The notes below the pieces were generated by a model. That model was not told the DNA's origin. It worked only from the letters and a program-made list of their open reading frames with translations, and ran no database searches. A DNA stretch of 64,000 nucleotides from the NCBI GenBank assembly GCA_949287685.1, contig CASEHF010000001.1:880-64879 (forward strand), in the 5' to 3' direction. The translations under genes and the position numbers were made by a program. This document shows positions 55,335-64,000 of the stretch, one piece after another (within the stretch, counting starts at the first letter, position 1; the number at the start of each line of letters is the position of its first letter). Source of the stretch: an uncultured Christensenella sp. (lineage in GTDB: Bacteria; Bacillota; Clostridia; Christensenellales; UBA1242).

Positions 55335-55979
55335 ATGAAATTAGTTGTTCTAGGACCTCCAGGAAGTGGAAAGGGACAGAATACAGGAAAAATTGCAAAT
55401 AGATACCACTTAAAGCACATCGTGGTAGGCGACATTGTAAAAGCCGAAATCCGCAACAAAACTGAGGTCGGCAAGATAATGTACGAATATACGAGTGTGG
55501 GTAGATTTGTGCCAAGTGATATCGTTATGCAAGTGCTAAATTCACAATTGGCGGACATTAGCGGTTACGCAGGTTACATTATCGATACGGCGCCTATAAA
55601 TATGGACCAGTACGAGAAAATGAATACTGATGATATTGATGCCGCAATCTCACTCGAGGTTGAGGATAAAAATATCTTGCGTACCCGTACCCTTAACCGT
55701 TTAATTTGCCCAAATTGTCGTAGTGTCACGAGCGTGTTTGAGTCGCCAGACAATATTTGTCGAGTTTGTGGCTCCAAACTTGAGCACCGATATGATGACA
55801 ATTTGGAAACAGTCAATTTCCGCCTCGCTCAGTACGAGCGTGAAACCGTGCCCGTAATAAATGCTTTTGAGGCGCTCGGAAAACTTATCCGAATCGACTC
55901 ATCAGGCACAAAAGAGCAGGTTTTTGACCAAATTTGTAAAAAAATTGATGACTTTTTTGCTAAAAAGCCTTTAAAGTAA
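55335..55979 (+). CDS. adk: adenylate kinase homolog (divergent NMP-site residues, 4-Cys lid)
   Basis: P-loop GPPGSGKG, lid CPNCRS...CRVCGSKLEHRYDD, and canonical position after secY. See findings for the substitutions. Confidence 0.85.
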   Translation: MKLVVLGPPGSGKGQNTGKIANRYHLKHIVVGDIVKAEIRNKTEVGKIMYEYTSVGRFVPSDIVMQVLNSQLADISGYAGYIIDTAPINMDQYEKMNTDDIDAAISLEVEDKNILRTRTLNRLICPNCRSVTSVFESPDNICRVCGSKLEHRYDDNLETVNFRLAQYERETVPVINAFEALGKLIRIDSSGTKEQVFDQICKKIDDFFAKKPLK

Positions 55980-56004
55980 TTAAAAGGTATGGTATAATTA
56001 CTCT

Positions 56005-56790
56005 ATGAGAGAAATTAAAACGCTGACAAATCATCAAATCGAATTAATGCGACAAAGTGGTGAAGTTATGAAGGCTATCTTTGTAGGGCTTCGTGACTTT
56101 ATCAAGGCGGGAATCTCAACTAAAGATATCGATGCTTGGGTATATGACTTTATCATATCCCACAGGTGCAAACCCTCGTGTCTAGGTTATATGGGCTATC
56201 CCGCATCGGCTTGCCTCGAGGTAAACGATGTAGTGGTCCATGGTATACCTAGCGGGAATGTAATTATCGAGGAGGGCGACATCGTGGGTGTCGATATCTG
56301 CGTGAACTACAAGGGTATTCACACGGATGCTTGCCGTACTTACGCGGTGGGCAAAATCAGTCCCGAGGCGCAGCGCCTCATCGATGTTACAAAGGAATCA
56401 TTCTTTGCGGCATTAAAAAACCTCAAGGCTGGTAGCACGACTGGCGACATTGGCGAGGCAGTGCAAAATTATGTCGAAAGCCGTGGATACAGTATCGTTC
56501 GCGAACTACAAGGCCATGGCATCGGCACTACCATTCACGAGGAGCCAGGTATTCCAAACTTTGGAAAGGCTGGTACTGGCACGAAGCTAAAGGAAAATAT
56601 GGCTATTTGTATCGAGCCTATGGTCAATATGGGGTCTCGGCATGTTGTCTTTGAAAAAGATGGGTGGACATGTAGGACCCGTGATGGCAAGTGGTCGGCT
56701 CATTATGAGAACACTATTCTTATTAAAAAAGATGGGGTTGAAATCCTCACATTAGAGGATGATGATGAGTATGCAAAACACCCCCTTTAG
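56005..56790 (+). CDS. map: type I methionine aminopeptidase
   Basis: Metal-ligand blocks VVHGIP, GDIVGVDI, H.DA, GHGIG...HE.P and EPM.. ...E.T are present. Confidence 0.95.
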   Translation: MREIKTLTNHQIELMRQSGEVMKAIFVGLRDFIKAGISTKDIDAWVYDFIISHRCKPSCLGYMGYPASACLEVNDVVVHGIPSGNVIIEEGDIVGVDICVNYKGIHTDACRTYAVGKISPEAQRLIDVTKESFFAALKNLKAGSTTGDIGEAVQNYVESRGYSIVRELQGHGIGTTIHEEPGIPNFGKAGTGTKLKENMAICIEPMVNMGSRHVVFEKDGWTCRTRDGKWSAHYENTILIKKDGVEILTLEDDDEYAKHPL

Positions 56791-57052
56791 CCTAGGGCAA
56801 ATTGTCCTATCCACCCAGGGGCATGACAAGGGCAGTCGGTATGTTGTGGTTAAAATAAATGGCGAGAGAATTTCTGTTGCTGATGGCGAGTTGAAATCTA
56901 TCAAATCACCGAAGCAGAAAAATCGCCGCCATTTGCTTGGCACAAAGTTTATCGATGCCGAAATAAGTAGCAAGCTAAAAGATGGACTAGAAGTTAATGA
57001 CCAAATGATATATCACACTTTACTTAAATTCAAAAAGTCGAATAAGGAGTAA
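56759..57052 (+). CDS. KOW-domain RNA-binding protein
   Basis: SLGQIVLSTQGHDKGSRYVVVKI is a KOW-like motif. The gene sits between map and infA as in many Clostridia. The exact start among four N-terminal Met codons is uncertain. Confidence 0.7.
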   Translation: MMMSMQNTPFSLGQIVLSTQGHDKGSRYVVVKINGERISVADGELKSIKSPKQKNRRHLLGTKFIDAEISSKLKDGLEVNDQMIYHTLLKFKKSNKE

Positions 57053-57057
57053 GTAGT

Positions 57058-57315
57058 ATGGCTAATGATGATTCAATCAAGGCAGAAGGAATTGTTATTG
57101 AGGCACTTCCGGGTGCGAACTTCAAGGTACAATTACCCAACGGCTACATCGTAAACGCTTACATGGCGGGAAAGGTATACAAGTCTCGCACCCGCGTGCT
57201 AGTAGGCGACCGCGTTACAGTCGTGCTGTCGCCATACGACCTATCTCACGGGCGAATTGTATGGCGTACCGATGTGCGCAAATCGTCTGCCAATCCGTCT
57301 AACGACGAAAACTAA
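57058..57315 (+). CDS. infA: translation initiation factor IF-1
   Basis: I..EG.V.EALP.A.F.V.L.NG..V.A...GK......R.L.GDRV.V.LSPYDL..GRI..R is canonical IF-1. It has a roughly 12-aa C-terminal extension. Confidence 0.95.
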   Translation: MANDDSIKAEGIVIEALPGANFKVQLPNGYIVNAYMAGKVYKSRTRVLVGDRVTVVLSPYDLSHGRIVWRTDVRKSSANPSNDEN

Positions 57316-57336
57316 CATAAACAAGGAGAAAACAAA

Positions 57337-57450
57337 ATGAAAGTAAGACCATCTGTTAAACCTATGTGCGACAAGTGTAAAGTAATTCGTCGTGAAGGCA
57401 AGGTTATGGTAATTTGTAAAAACAAGAAACACAAGCAAGTGCAAGGTTAA
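57337..57450 (+). CDS. rpmJ: 50S ribosomal protein L36
   Basis: Not in the track (<60 aa). The hand translation [37 protein letters not shown] is canonical zinc-type L36, preceded by a GGAGAA RBS. Confidence 0.95.
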   Translation: MKVRPSVKPMCDKCKVIRREGKVMVICKNKKHKQVQG

Positions 57451-57546
57451 TGCTTGCTTTACTTTGAAAACTATCGAGGTAGCCTCCGCGGCAAATCGGG
57501 CGCCTCGTGATTATAAAACTCAAACTAATTTTTGGAGGAATTTCGA

Positions 57547-57936
57547 ATGGCTCGTATAGCTGGTGTTGACTTACCGAAGGAAAAGAGAGTAGAAATAGGT
57601 CTAACCTATATTTACGGTATCGGCAAGGTAAAGTCAAATGAAATCTTAAAGAATGTGGGTATCAACCCCGACACGCGCGTAAAAGACCTCACCGAGCAGG
57701 AAGTCGCAAAAATCCGTGACTACATTGACAAGAGTGGCTTGCTCGTAGAGGGTGATTTGCGCCGTGAGACAAACTTGAATATCAAGCGTTTGATGGAAAT
57801 CGGTTGCAACCGTGGTATCCGTCACCGCCGTAATTTACCCGTACACGGTCAGCGTACAAAGACCAATGCGCGTACACGCAAAGGCCCTCGCAAGACAGTA
57901 TCTCGTGGTAAGGCCAAAGTAGGCAAAAAAGGTTAA
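57547..57936 (+). CDS. rpsM: 30S ribosomal protein S13
   Basis: The preferred start is 57547 ([26 protein letters not shown]), whereas the track start is 57532. Confidence 0.96.
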   Translation: MARIAGVDLPKEKRVEIGLTYIYGIGKVKSNEILKNVGINPDTRVKDLTEQEVAKIRDYIDKSGLLVEGDLRRETNLNIKRLMEIGCNRGIRHRRNLPVHGQRTKTNARTRKGPRKTVSRGKAKVGKKG

Positions 57937-57959
57937 TAAATAAGGAGTAGTTCTATATT

Positions 57960-58343
57960 ATGGAAAAACCAACAAGAAAAAAGAGAGCGACTAAAAACTT
58001 AGGCACTGGTGCCGTACACATTAAGTCATCATTTAACAACAACCTAGTTACGATTACTGACCAGGCTGGTAATGTAGTGGCATGGTGCAGTAGTGGTGCG
58101 CTAAAGTTCCGCGGTGGTCGTAAAGACACCCCATATGCAGCCCAACTAGTTGCTGAGACTGCTGGGAAAAAGGCTAAGGATATGGGTATAAATCAAGTCG
58201 CAGTTTATGTAAAGGGTGCAGGTGCTGGTCGTGAGGCTGCAATTCGCGCACTCGCAAATGTGGGGTTGGAGGTTACATCGATTAAGGATGTATCAGGTAT
58301 TCCATTCAATGGCTGCCGCCCTTCAAAACCTCGTAGAATTTAA
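57960..58343 (+). CDS. rpsK: 30S ribosomal protein S11
   Basis: G..HI.SSFNN..VTITD..GN...W.S.G...F.G.RK.TP.AAQ is canonical S11. Confidence 0.97.
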   Translation: MEKPTRKKRATKNLGTGAVHIKSSFNNNLVTITDQAGNVVAWCSSGALKFRGGRKDTPYAAQLVAETAGKKAKDMGINQVAVYVKGAGAGREAAIRALANVGLEVTSIKDVSGIPFNGCRPSKPRRI

Positions 58344-58368
58344 TTTTTAAAAGTAAGGAGTAAAAACA

Positions 58369-58995
58369 ATGGCTAAATATACAGGTGCCAGCTGCAAGTT
58401 GTGCAGGCGCGAAGGTTGCAAGTTGTTCCTAAAGGGTGACCGTTGTGTTACTGGTAAGTGTGCGCTTGACCGCAGACCTACCGTTCCAGGTCAGCATGGC
58501 GAGGAATCTCTGCGCAAAAAGCCTACGGGCTACGGAATGCAGTTGCGTGAAAAACAAAAAGTTAAGCGTGCATATGGCTTGCTCGAGACCCAGTTTAAGA
58601 AGTATTATCTCGAGGCAAAGCGCCAAAAGGGTGCTACTGGTGAGGTTATGCTCTCGTTGCTCGAGCGCAGACTTGACAATGTCGTTTATCGCCTCGGTTT
58701 CGGCGTGTCTCGTACTCAGTGCCGCCAGATTGTAAATCACAGACACATTACCGTTAATGGTAAGATTGTAAACCTTCCTTCGTACCAAGTTAAAGTTGGT
58801 GATGTTATCGCTGTAAAGCAGTCTAGCTTGGATTCACCTTTGTTTAAGGAGTTAAAGGGTAGTAAAATCATCGCTCCTAAGTGGTTGGAGGTTGACTCAA
58901 ACACCCTGACTGGAAAGGTTATTGCAAACCCTGCTCGCGATGATATCGACTTAAATATCAGTGAACACTTAATCATTGAGTTGTATTCAAGATAA
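58369..58995 (+). CDS. rpsD: 30S ribosomal protein S4
   Basis: [22 protein letters not shown] is canonical S4, with an S4 domain ([14 protein letters not shown]). Confidence 0.97.
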   Translation: MAKYTGASCKLCRREGCKLFLKGDRCVTGKCALDRRPTVPGQHGEESLRKKPTGYGMQLREKQKVKRAYGLLETQFKKYYLEAKRQKGATGEVMLSLLERRLDNVVYRLGFGVSRTQCRQIVNHRHITVNGKIVNLPSYQVKVGDVIAVKQSSLDSPLFKELKGSKIIAPKWLEVDSNTLTGKVIANPARDDIDLNISEHLIIELYSR

Positions 58996-59014
58996 TAAGG
59001 GAGGGAATTATTAT

Positions 59015-59968
59015 ATGATGCAAATTGACAAGCCGACTATACAGTATGAGGAGTCTCACCGCGGCGCGGTAGCAAACTTTACTGTCGAGCCACTAGAGCG
59101 TGGCTTTGGTACGACTTTGGGTAACGCTATGCGTAGGGTGCTACTAGGTAGCCTACCGGGTGTTGCTCCAGTCGCTATCCGTATTCAAGGCGTGCAACAC
59201 GAGTTTAGTGCAGTCCCAGGGGTGGACCTCGATGTCGCTGATATCGTGCTGAATATCAAGTCTTTGATTATCCGCACTACGAATACAGAGCCCGACTTTA
59301 CCGCGACTCTCAACATTCGCGTAAAAGGTCCATGCACCGTTACTGGTGGCGATATTATCACCCCAGAGAGCGTGGATGTCGTAAACACGGATATGGAAAT
59401 TTGTCGCGTGGCTGCTGGTGCTACTCTCGATATGGAGATTATTGTAGCAAAAGGCAGAGGCTATGTGTTGGCAAAGGATAACAAGAATTATTGCGAGTCA
59501 ATCGGTTTTATCGCCGTAGACAGTATTTTTTCGCCAGTAAAATCGGTCGAGTACCATGTAGAAAGTGCCCGCGTGGGTCAAAACATTAATTTTGACAAAC
59601 TCACTATGGAAATCACTACTAATGGTGCTATCACAGCAAAAGAAGTGACCAGTATGGCGGCGCGCCTATTGAATGAGCATCTCGATTTGTTTATAGATTT
59701 GATTGAGAATATGAAGGGGCAGAACTTCCTCATAGCGAAGGAGGAGGATGACCAAAAGCGCATTCTCGACCTATCAATTGCAGACCTAGACCTCAGCGTG
59801 CGCAGTACAAACTGCTTAAAGCGCGCTAGCATTAACACAGTCGGCGACCTCACAAACAAAACGCACAAGGAATTGGCAAAAGTGCGCAACTTGGGAAACA
59901 AGTCCCTAGAGGAAATTATTCACAAGATTGAGCAAGTTGGCCTCAGCCTTAAAAACGATGATGAATAA
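59015..59968 (+). CDS. rpoA: DNA-directed RNA polymerase alpha subunit
   Basis: The preferred start is 59015 (RBS AAGGGAGGG), whereas the track start is 58976. The N-terminal FTVEPLERGFGTTLGNAMRRVLL and the C-terminal-domain LDLSVRSTNCLKRA.I.TVGDL are canonical. Confidence 0.97.
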   Translation: MMQIDKPTIQYEESHRGAVANFTVEPLERGFGTTLGNAMRRVLLGSLPGVAPVAIRIQGVQHEFSAVPGVDLDVADIVLNIKSLIIRTTNTEPDFTATLNIRVKGPCTVTGGDIITPESVDVVNTDMEICRVAAGATLDMEIIVAKGRGYVLAKDNKNYCESIGFIAVDSIFSPVKSVEYHVESARVGQNINFDKLTMEITTNGAITAKEVTSMAARLLNEHLDLFIDLIENMKGQNFLIAKEEDDQKRILDLSIADLDLSVRSTNCLKRASINTVGDLTNKTHKELAKVRNLGNKSLEEIIHKIEQVGLSLKNDDE

Positions 59969-59986
59969 GTATAAGGAGTAACTATA

Positions 59987-60499
59987 ATGGCAGGAAACCT
60001 AAAATTGAGCAAGCGCCCTTCGATTCGCGATGGACTCATCCGCAATCAAGTGACCACTCTACTATGGACTGGTAAGGTTGAGACCACACTAGCGCGTGCC
60101 AAAGCCGTTAGTCGTGTAGCAGAGAAGTTGTTAACCAAGGCTATCAATACATACACCGACACTGTCAAAGTGGAAAAGGATGTAATCGTTGATGGCGTAA
60201 CTACCAAAAAGCAAGTTATGAACGATGGCCCCAAGAAACTCGCTGCTCGCCGTGCAATAATGGCTAATGTGTACGATATTCAAGAGCAACGCGCGCCAAA
60301 AGAGTCAAAGGCAGATTACATTGCTCGTACAAAGGATATCAAGCACCCCTTGATTGAGAAAATCTTTAATGTGTATGCTCCAAAGTATGCACAGCGCAAG
60401 GAAGAATTGGGTCAGGGCGGTGGCTACACTCGCATTGTGAAGTGTGGACCTCGCCGTGGCGATGCCGCTGAAAAGGTAATTATTTCTCTAGTTGACTAA
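59987..60499 (+). CDS. rplQ: 50S ribosomal protein L17 (long form with internal insertions)
   Basis: N-terminal L.RN....L...G.VETT...AK......EKL.T.A and C-terminal GGYTRI.K.GPRRGD.A are L17. The protein is 170 aa. Confidence 0.95.
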   Translation: MAGNLKLSKRPSIRDGLIRNQVTTLLWTGKVETTLARAKAVSRVAEKLLTKAINTYTDTVKVEKDVIVDGVTTKKQVMNDGPKKLAARRAIMANVYDIQEQRAPKESKADYIARTKDIKHPLIEKIFNVYAPKYAQRKEELGQGGGYTRIVKCGPRRGDAAEKVIISLVD

Positions 60500-60820
60500 T
60501 TGTAGTCGCGTGATAAGGAGTGCTATGCTGCCCATTTTGTATGGGTGGTAGGAGTATGCTTTAAATTGTAATTAGCGACTAAAACTAGATAAAATACTAA
60601 ATTAACACTTGCAAATTTAAAAGTCCTCTTGAGACTGAGGTGAACCTTTTGAAGTTGTCTAACTTCGGGGGAGACTTCAATCCAAAGCGGGCTTTTTTGT
60701 TTTTTTCACCAAGCGAATTTTTAAACAAGAAAATTGCTACCTACTAGGCTAGCTTATTTATATAATCTAAAATGATTTAAAAAATTACGGTAGGTGCGAA
60801 AGAATATTAATAAATAATTA

Positions 60821-61368
60821 GTCATCCTGAGCGCTCCCCGCGCAAGCCTTCAGACGAAGGATTTATTCCGCTTAAAAATTCTTGGGCTATAACTTAAAAA
60901 ATAAGAGGCAGAGGGGCTGGCGCGAGAGTATGCGTTTCTAATTGAAGTACTCATTCACGCGCCAGACTTCCCGCGAGCGGGAAGGCATCCTGAGTGTCGA
61001 CCCGAAAAGTGTGGTTAGTTGTGCATTCCGCTATAATTAAAGTATTGTCATCCTGAGCGCTCCCCGCGTAAGCCCTTTGATGAAGAATCTATTCCTCTAA
61101 AAAATCTCGGGATACAACTTTGAATAATAAGAGGCAGAGGGGCTGGCGCGAGAGTATGCGTTTCTAATTGAAGTACTCACTTACGCGCCAGACTTCCCGC
61201 AAGCGGGAAGGCATCCTGAGCGCTCCCCGCGCAAGCCCCTTGTAACTCAGCGTAAAGTGAAAGGCACCATTAGGAACACCTAGTAATACGCTGCCCGAAG
61301 GATCTATTCCGCTTAATTACTTTTATTGAGCTGAGCACTCTCCGCGCCGAATAATCTATTCTTCTTAA
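60821..61368 (+). repeat. mosaic repeat cluster R8 (Y, P, A, V, Y, P, A, Z and a degenerate Y; all forward)
   Basis: Two tandem P+A units (60876-60994 and 61100-61220). Terminal motifs lie at 60855, 61082 and 61297, with a degenerate one at about 61345. Confidence 0.9.
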
Positions 61369-61820
61369 AACTTTGATCTTTAAAAGCAAATAATCGTAAA
61401 AATTGCGAATTATTTAGGTAAAAATTGGAAATTTTTGTAAAAAACTTACATAAATATTATGAAAATAAAAAAATTTTAAAAAATATTTTCTATTTTCAAT
61501 TTAAAAAGTTGACTTTTATTGTCGATTTTTAGATAATTATTGCGTATAAATATCGAAAATTGCAATATTTTTTTACAAAATGTAGTTATTTTTAGATAAA
61601 ATGACCACACTATTAGTGCTTTTAAGTAATAAAATTCGTTTGGCTCAAATGAACTTATTTCGTTTAATAAGATGCTTCTTTGTATTCAAATCTACTTTAT
61701 TTACTTTTTGACTATTTAAATATATTGCATTACAAAAATAGTCCCACGAGCTAGATGACTAAAGATTAAAAAATTGAATTGCTTTATAAATTTATTTTTT
61801 CGTTAATTTAGGAGGGAAAT

Positions 61821-63419
61821 ATGCAAAAATTGGGTAAAAAGTCGGTAATTTCGATAGTTTTAGCCTCTATTTTTACAGTCGCTACTATTCTCACTTGTTG
61901 TCTATTATTCATTCCCACCAGTCCCGTCAGCCTCAACCCCGATACCGCTCCCGACTCCACAATCACCACCAGCGGACTAAATTACTCCTACGATGACTCT
62001 AAGACTGACACCTCAATAGCACAAATTGTCGATGACTCTGGTAATGTTACTGGTGAATATGTTTTTGAAGTTACATATTCTACCAAATATATTGAAGGTG
62101 TACTAGGTGGTTGGACTTCATATAGTACCGGAATTTTATCATCTGAGCGTGGTTATTTTTTTAATATACAATTAAAGATAGGTTTGAATTACCCAACGAC
62201 CAATAATATTGTTTGTAACTATATATATAATAATGAAGATTCATACCATCATAATGGTTCATGGACTTTTAGTTACAATACAAAAGTTAATGCATATTTC
62301 GTACAATTGGAAAGTGGCAGTCCTTATAGAAGGGTTAGAATCATTCTACCCCAAATTCATCCTACAACCACGCTTACATTTTACGCAAATAATGGTACTG
62401 AAGCAACAGAACAAACCGTGACTTGCGGTAATCAAATCGGTAGCGCAATGCCAGCAAACCCAACACGCGATGGTTACACCTTTATGGGGTGGTTCGTGGA
62501 TGGCGAGCAAATTATTAGCAATACATATTATATGTGGGACTCTCCAAAAACCGCCTTCGCTCAGTGGGAGCGTAACACTGTGGCATCAAGTAACTACACG
62601 CTGTCTAGTTCGGTAAATAATTCGAGTTACGGCACCATAATCGGGGCAAGTGCTTCGTACCCAGCAAATACAATGGTGGCAGTTAGTGCTGTGCCTACCG
62701 CTGATTACGAGTTTAGTTATTGGACCATAAACAATTCCTACATTTCGACTGCTAACCCGCTTCAGTTCAGTATATCAGCCAATACCACCATACAGGCAGT
62801 TTTCGAGCCTAATTCGCTTTCAAATTTTACTGTAAATTTTTCGGGCGGAGGGGGTACTTACACGGTAGAGCAAACGGACAATAACTACGCCCTAATTACA
62901 ATTACGCCCGAGTCAGGGCAGTACATCGACTCAATTAGTTTCGACAATGGACTTTCCACAAAAATTGAGTACTACAACGGTGCTATTGTAAACTGCGGCT
63001 CAAATGTCTTGTACGCAACCTATCTAACTAATAACAACGACAACAAGAATGTACTAAAACTTTCTCTTTACTACATTTCAGGCAACAGCACAATTAATGT
63101 ATTAACAACTACCAATCCTCCGACACTTGAGGAAAACACTGGCGGCGGAGTGAATATTGATGGCATTGCTCTTAAATCTACTGAGGGCGGTGAGGCGCGC
63201 GTAGTAGGTAGTGGCGAGAGTACCGTGCTAGTGGCCGTAAACTACGCGGGCTACCAGTTTTTGTACTGGGAAGGCTCCAAAAGTGGCGAGATTTCTAGCG
63301 ATATGAGTTATGCAATTAATGAGGAGGACTACGCAGGCGAAATAATTACCGCCGTATTTGCTCCCACCAATTCAAATGGGCTTAACTTTGACACTGACTC
63401 TAATTCCGATGACTTTTAA
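61821..63419 (+). CDS. surface protein with Listeria/Bacteroides-type (InlB B-repeat-like) repeats; C-terminus paralogous to 26249..28261
   Basis: AGGAGGG RBS and an N-terminal signal/anchor. PTRDGYTFMGWFVDGEQI..TAFAQWE is the classic repeat. Further GY.F..W units follow, plus a shared C-terminal module (see findings). Confidence 0.8.
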   Translation: MQKLGKKSVISIVLASIFTVATILTCCLLFIPTSPVSLNPDTAPDSTITTSGLNYSYDDSKTDTSIAQIVDDSGNVTGEYVFEVTYSTKYIEGVLGGWTSYSTGILSSERGYFFNIQLKIGLNYPTTNNIVCNYIYNNEDSYHHNGSWTFSYNTKVNAYFVQLESGSPYRRVRIILPQIHPTTTLTFYANNGTEATEQTVTCGNQIGSAMPANPTRDGYTFMGWFVDGEQIISNTYYMWDSPKTAFAQWERNTVASSNYTLSSSVNNSSYGTIIGASASYPANTMVAVSAVPTADYEFSYWTINNSYISTANPLQFSISANTTIQAVFEPNSLSNFTVNFSGGGGTYTVEQTDNNYALITITPESGQYIDSISFDNGLSTKIEYYNGAIVNCGSNVLYATYLTNNNDNKNVLKLSLYYISGNSTINVLTTTNPPTLEENTGGGVNIDGIALKSTEGGEARVVGSGESTVLVAVNYAGYQFLYWEGSKSGEISSDMSYAINEEDYAGEIITAVFAPTNSNGLNFDTDSNSDDF

Positions 63420-63425
63420 TATACT

Positions 63426-63452
63426 AAAAAGGGCTGAGCCCCTTTTCTTTTT
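63426..63452 (+). terminator. rho-independent terminator
   Basis: AAAAAGGGCTGAGCCCCTTTTCTTTTTT: a short GC stem (GGGC/GCCC) flanked by an A-run and a T-run. Confidence 0.5.
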
Positions 63453-63803
63453 TCTCTAAAATTTGTTTATTTTTGACATAAAAAGCGTTAAATCTACAAA
63501 AAATAATTTAACCTAAAATTAGAGTTGGAGGCAATGAAAACGCACAAAAAAGCGAAATTTTTGCTAAAAATCAATGCTTGTGGATGGATTTTGTGAGTTT
63601 TTTGGAAATAGATGTGTTAAACGAATTTATCGAGGTAATTTTGTATTAAAAAAGTATCAATGTTTTGCGATAGTATACTAATTTGCTTGCTAAAACTAGT
63701 TAAATTTTATATAATTGATTATATGCAGAAATTGTTTTTTCTTGTAAAGTAAACTTGAATTTTGTAATAAATTTTTAGACAATTTTAAAAATAGGGGGAT
63801 AAT

Positions 63804-64000
63804 ATGTCTAAAACAGCAAAAATCGTGATTTCCGTGGTTGTGATAGTCGTGTTAATTGGCTTGATACTCGGACTCATTTTTATATTTCAGGAACCTCCGC
63901 GAAAGAATAATTCGCTCACTTCTAGGCTTGATGCGCCTACAAATGTGCGCGTTGACCTCGAAAATCGGGTACTGACATTCGACCCTGTCGAGAATGCTGA
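63804..64000 (+). CDS. membrane-anchored hypothetical protein, 3' end beyond the window
   Basis: GGGGGA RBS. MSKTAKIVISVVVIVVLIGLILGLIFIF is an N-terminal TM anchor. The frame stays open to the window end. Confidence 0.5.
   Translation, partial: MSKTAKIVISVVVIVVLIGLILGLIFIFQEPPRKNNSLTSRLDAPTNVRVDLENRVLTFDPVENA

Noticed and set aside
44360-60234. Numerous antisense or out-of-frame ORFs across the ribosomal protein supercluster (for example 47061..47501-, 47721..48074-, 49297..49905-, 54354..54794-, 58429..58788-, 58436..58735+).
   Set aside because: Each overlaps an unmistakable ribosomal, secY, adk or rpoA gene in another frame or strand. None has an RBS or recognisable features. They are typical shadow ORFs.

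Overview
Low-GC Bacillota-type chromosome segment with sporulation-linked genes (ylbJ, ytfI/ytfJ-like, a DacB-type carboxypeptidase). Order of contents: (1) a 5'-truncated SSB-like gene. (2) A block of envelope genes: a BspA-type LRR protein, a lipoprotein and two SH3b-like type-I membrane proteins. (3) A compact phage-derived late-gene cluster at about 7.2-20.8 kb. It holds a sigma-region-4-like regulator, TerL, portal, scaffold, two tandem paralogous capsid proteins, five unknown structural genes and a holin-like protein. I see no integrase, replication genes, tape measure or endolysin there. (4) A TSCPD/DUF4364 pair, an XRE plus SLOG-like cassette, ylbJ, a large secreted protein and an M50 protease. 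(5) scpA-scpB-ytfI-ytfJ-dac-rluB-plsC. (6) tRNA-Thr(CGU) followed by a decayed partial duplicate. (7) A stand-alone 16S rRNA gene with its own promoter, processing helix and terminator, and no 23S/5S in the next 25 kb. (8) HAD and NUDIX genes and hypotheticals. (9) The complete S10-spc-alpha ribosomal protein supercluster from rpsJ to rplQ, including secY, adk, map, infA, rpmJ and rpoA. (10) A second surface protein paralogous at its C-terminus to the first. The most unusual signal is a modular, mosaic intergenic repeat family whose units end in GAAGGATCTATTCCGCTTAA. It occurs in 8 clusters, includes MITE-like inverted pairs, and has a hairpin module showing compensatory substitutions. I cannot assign it to a named family. 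All calls are by eye from the sequence and ORF track; no searches were run.
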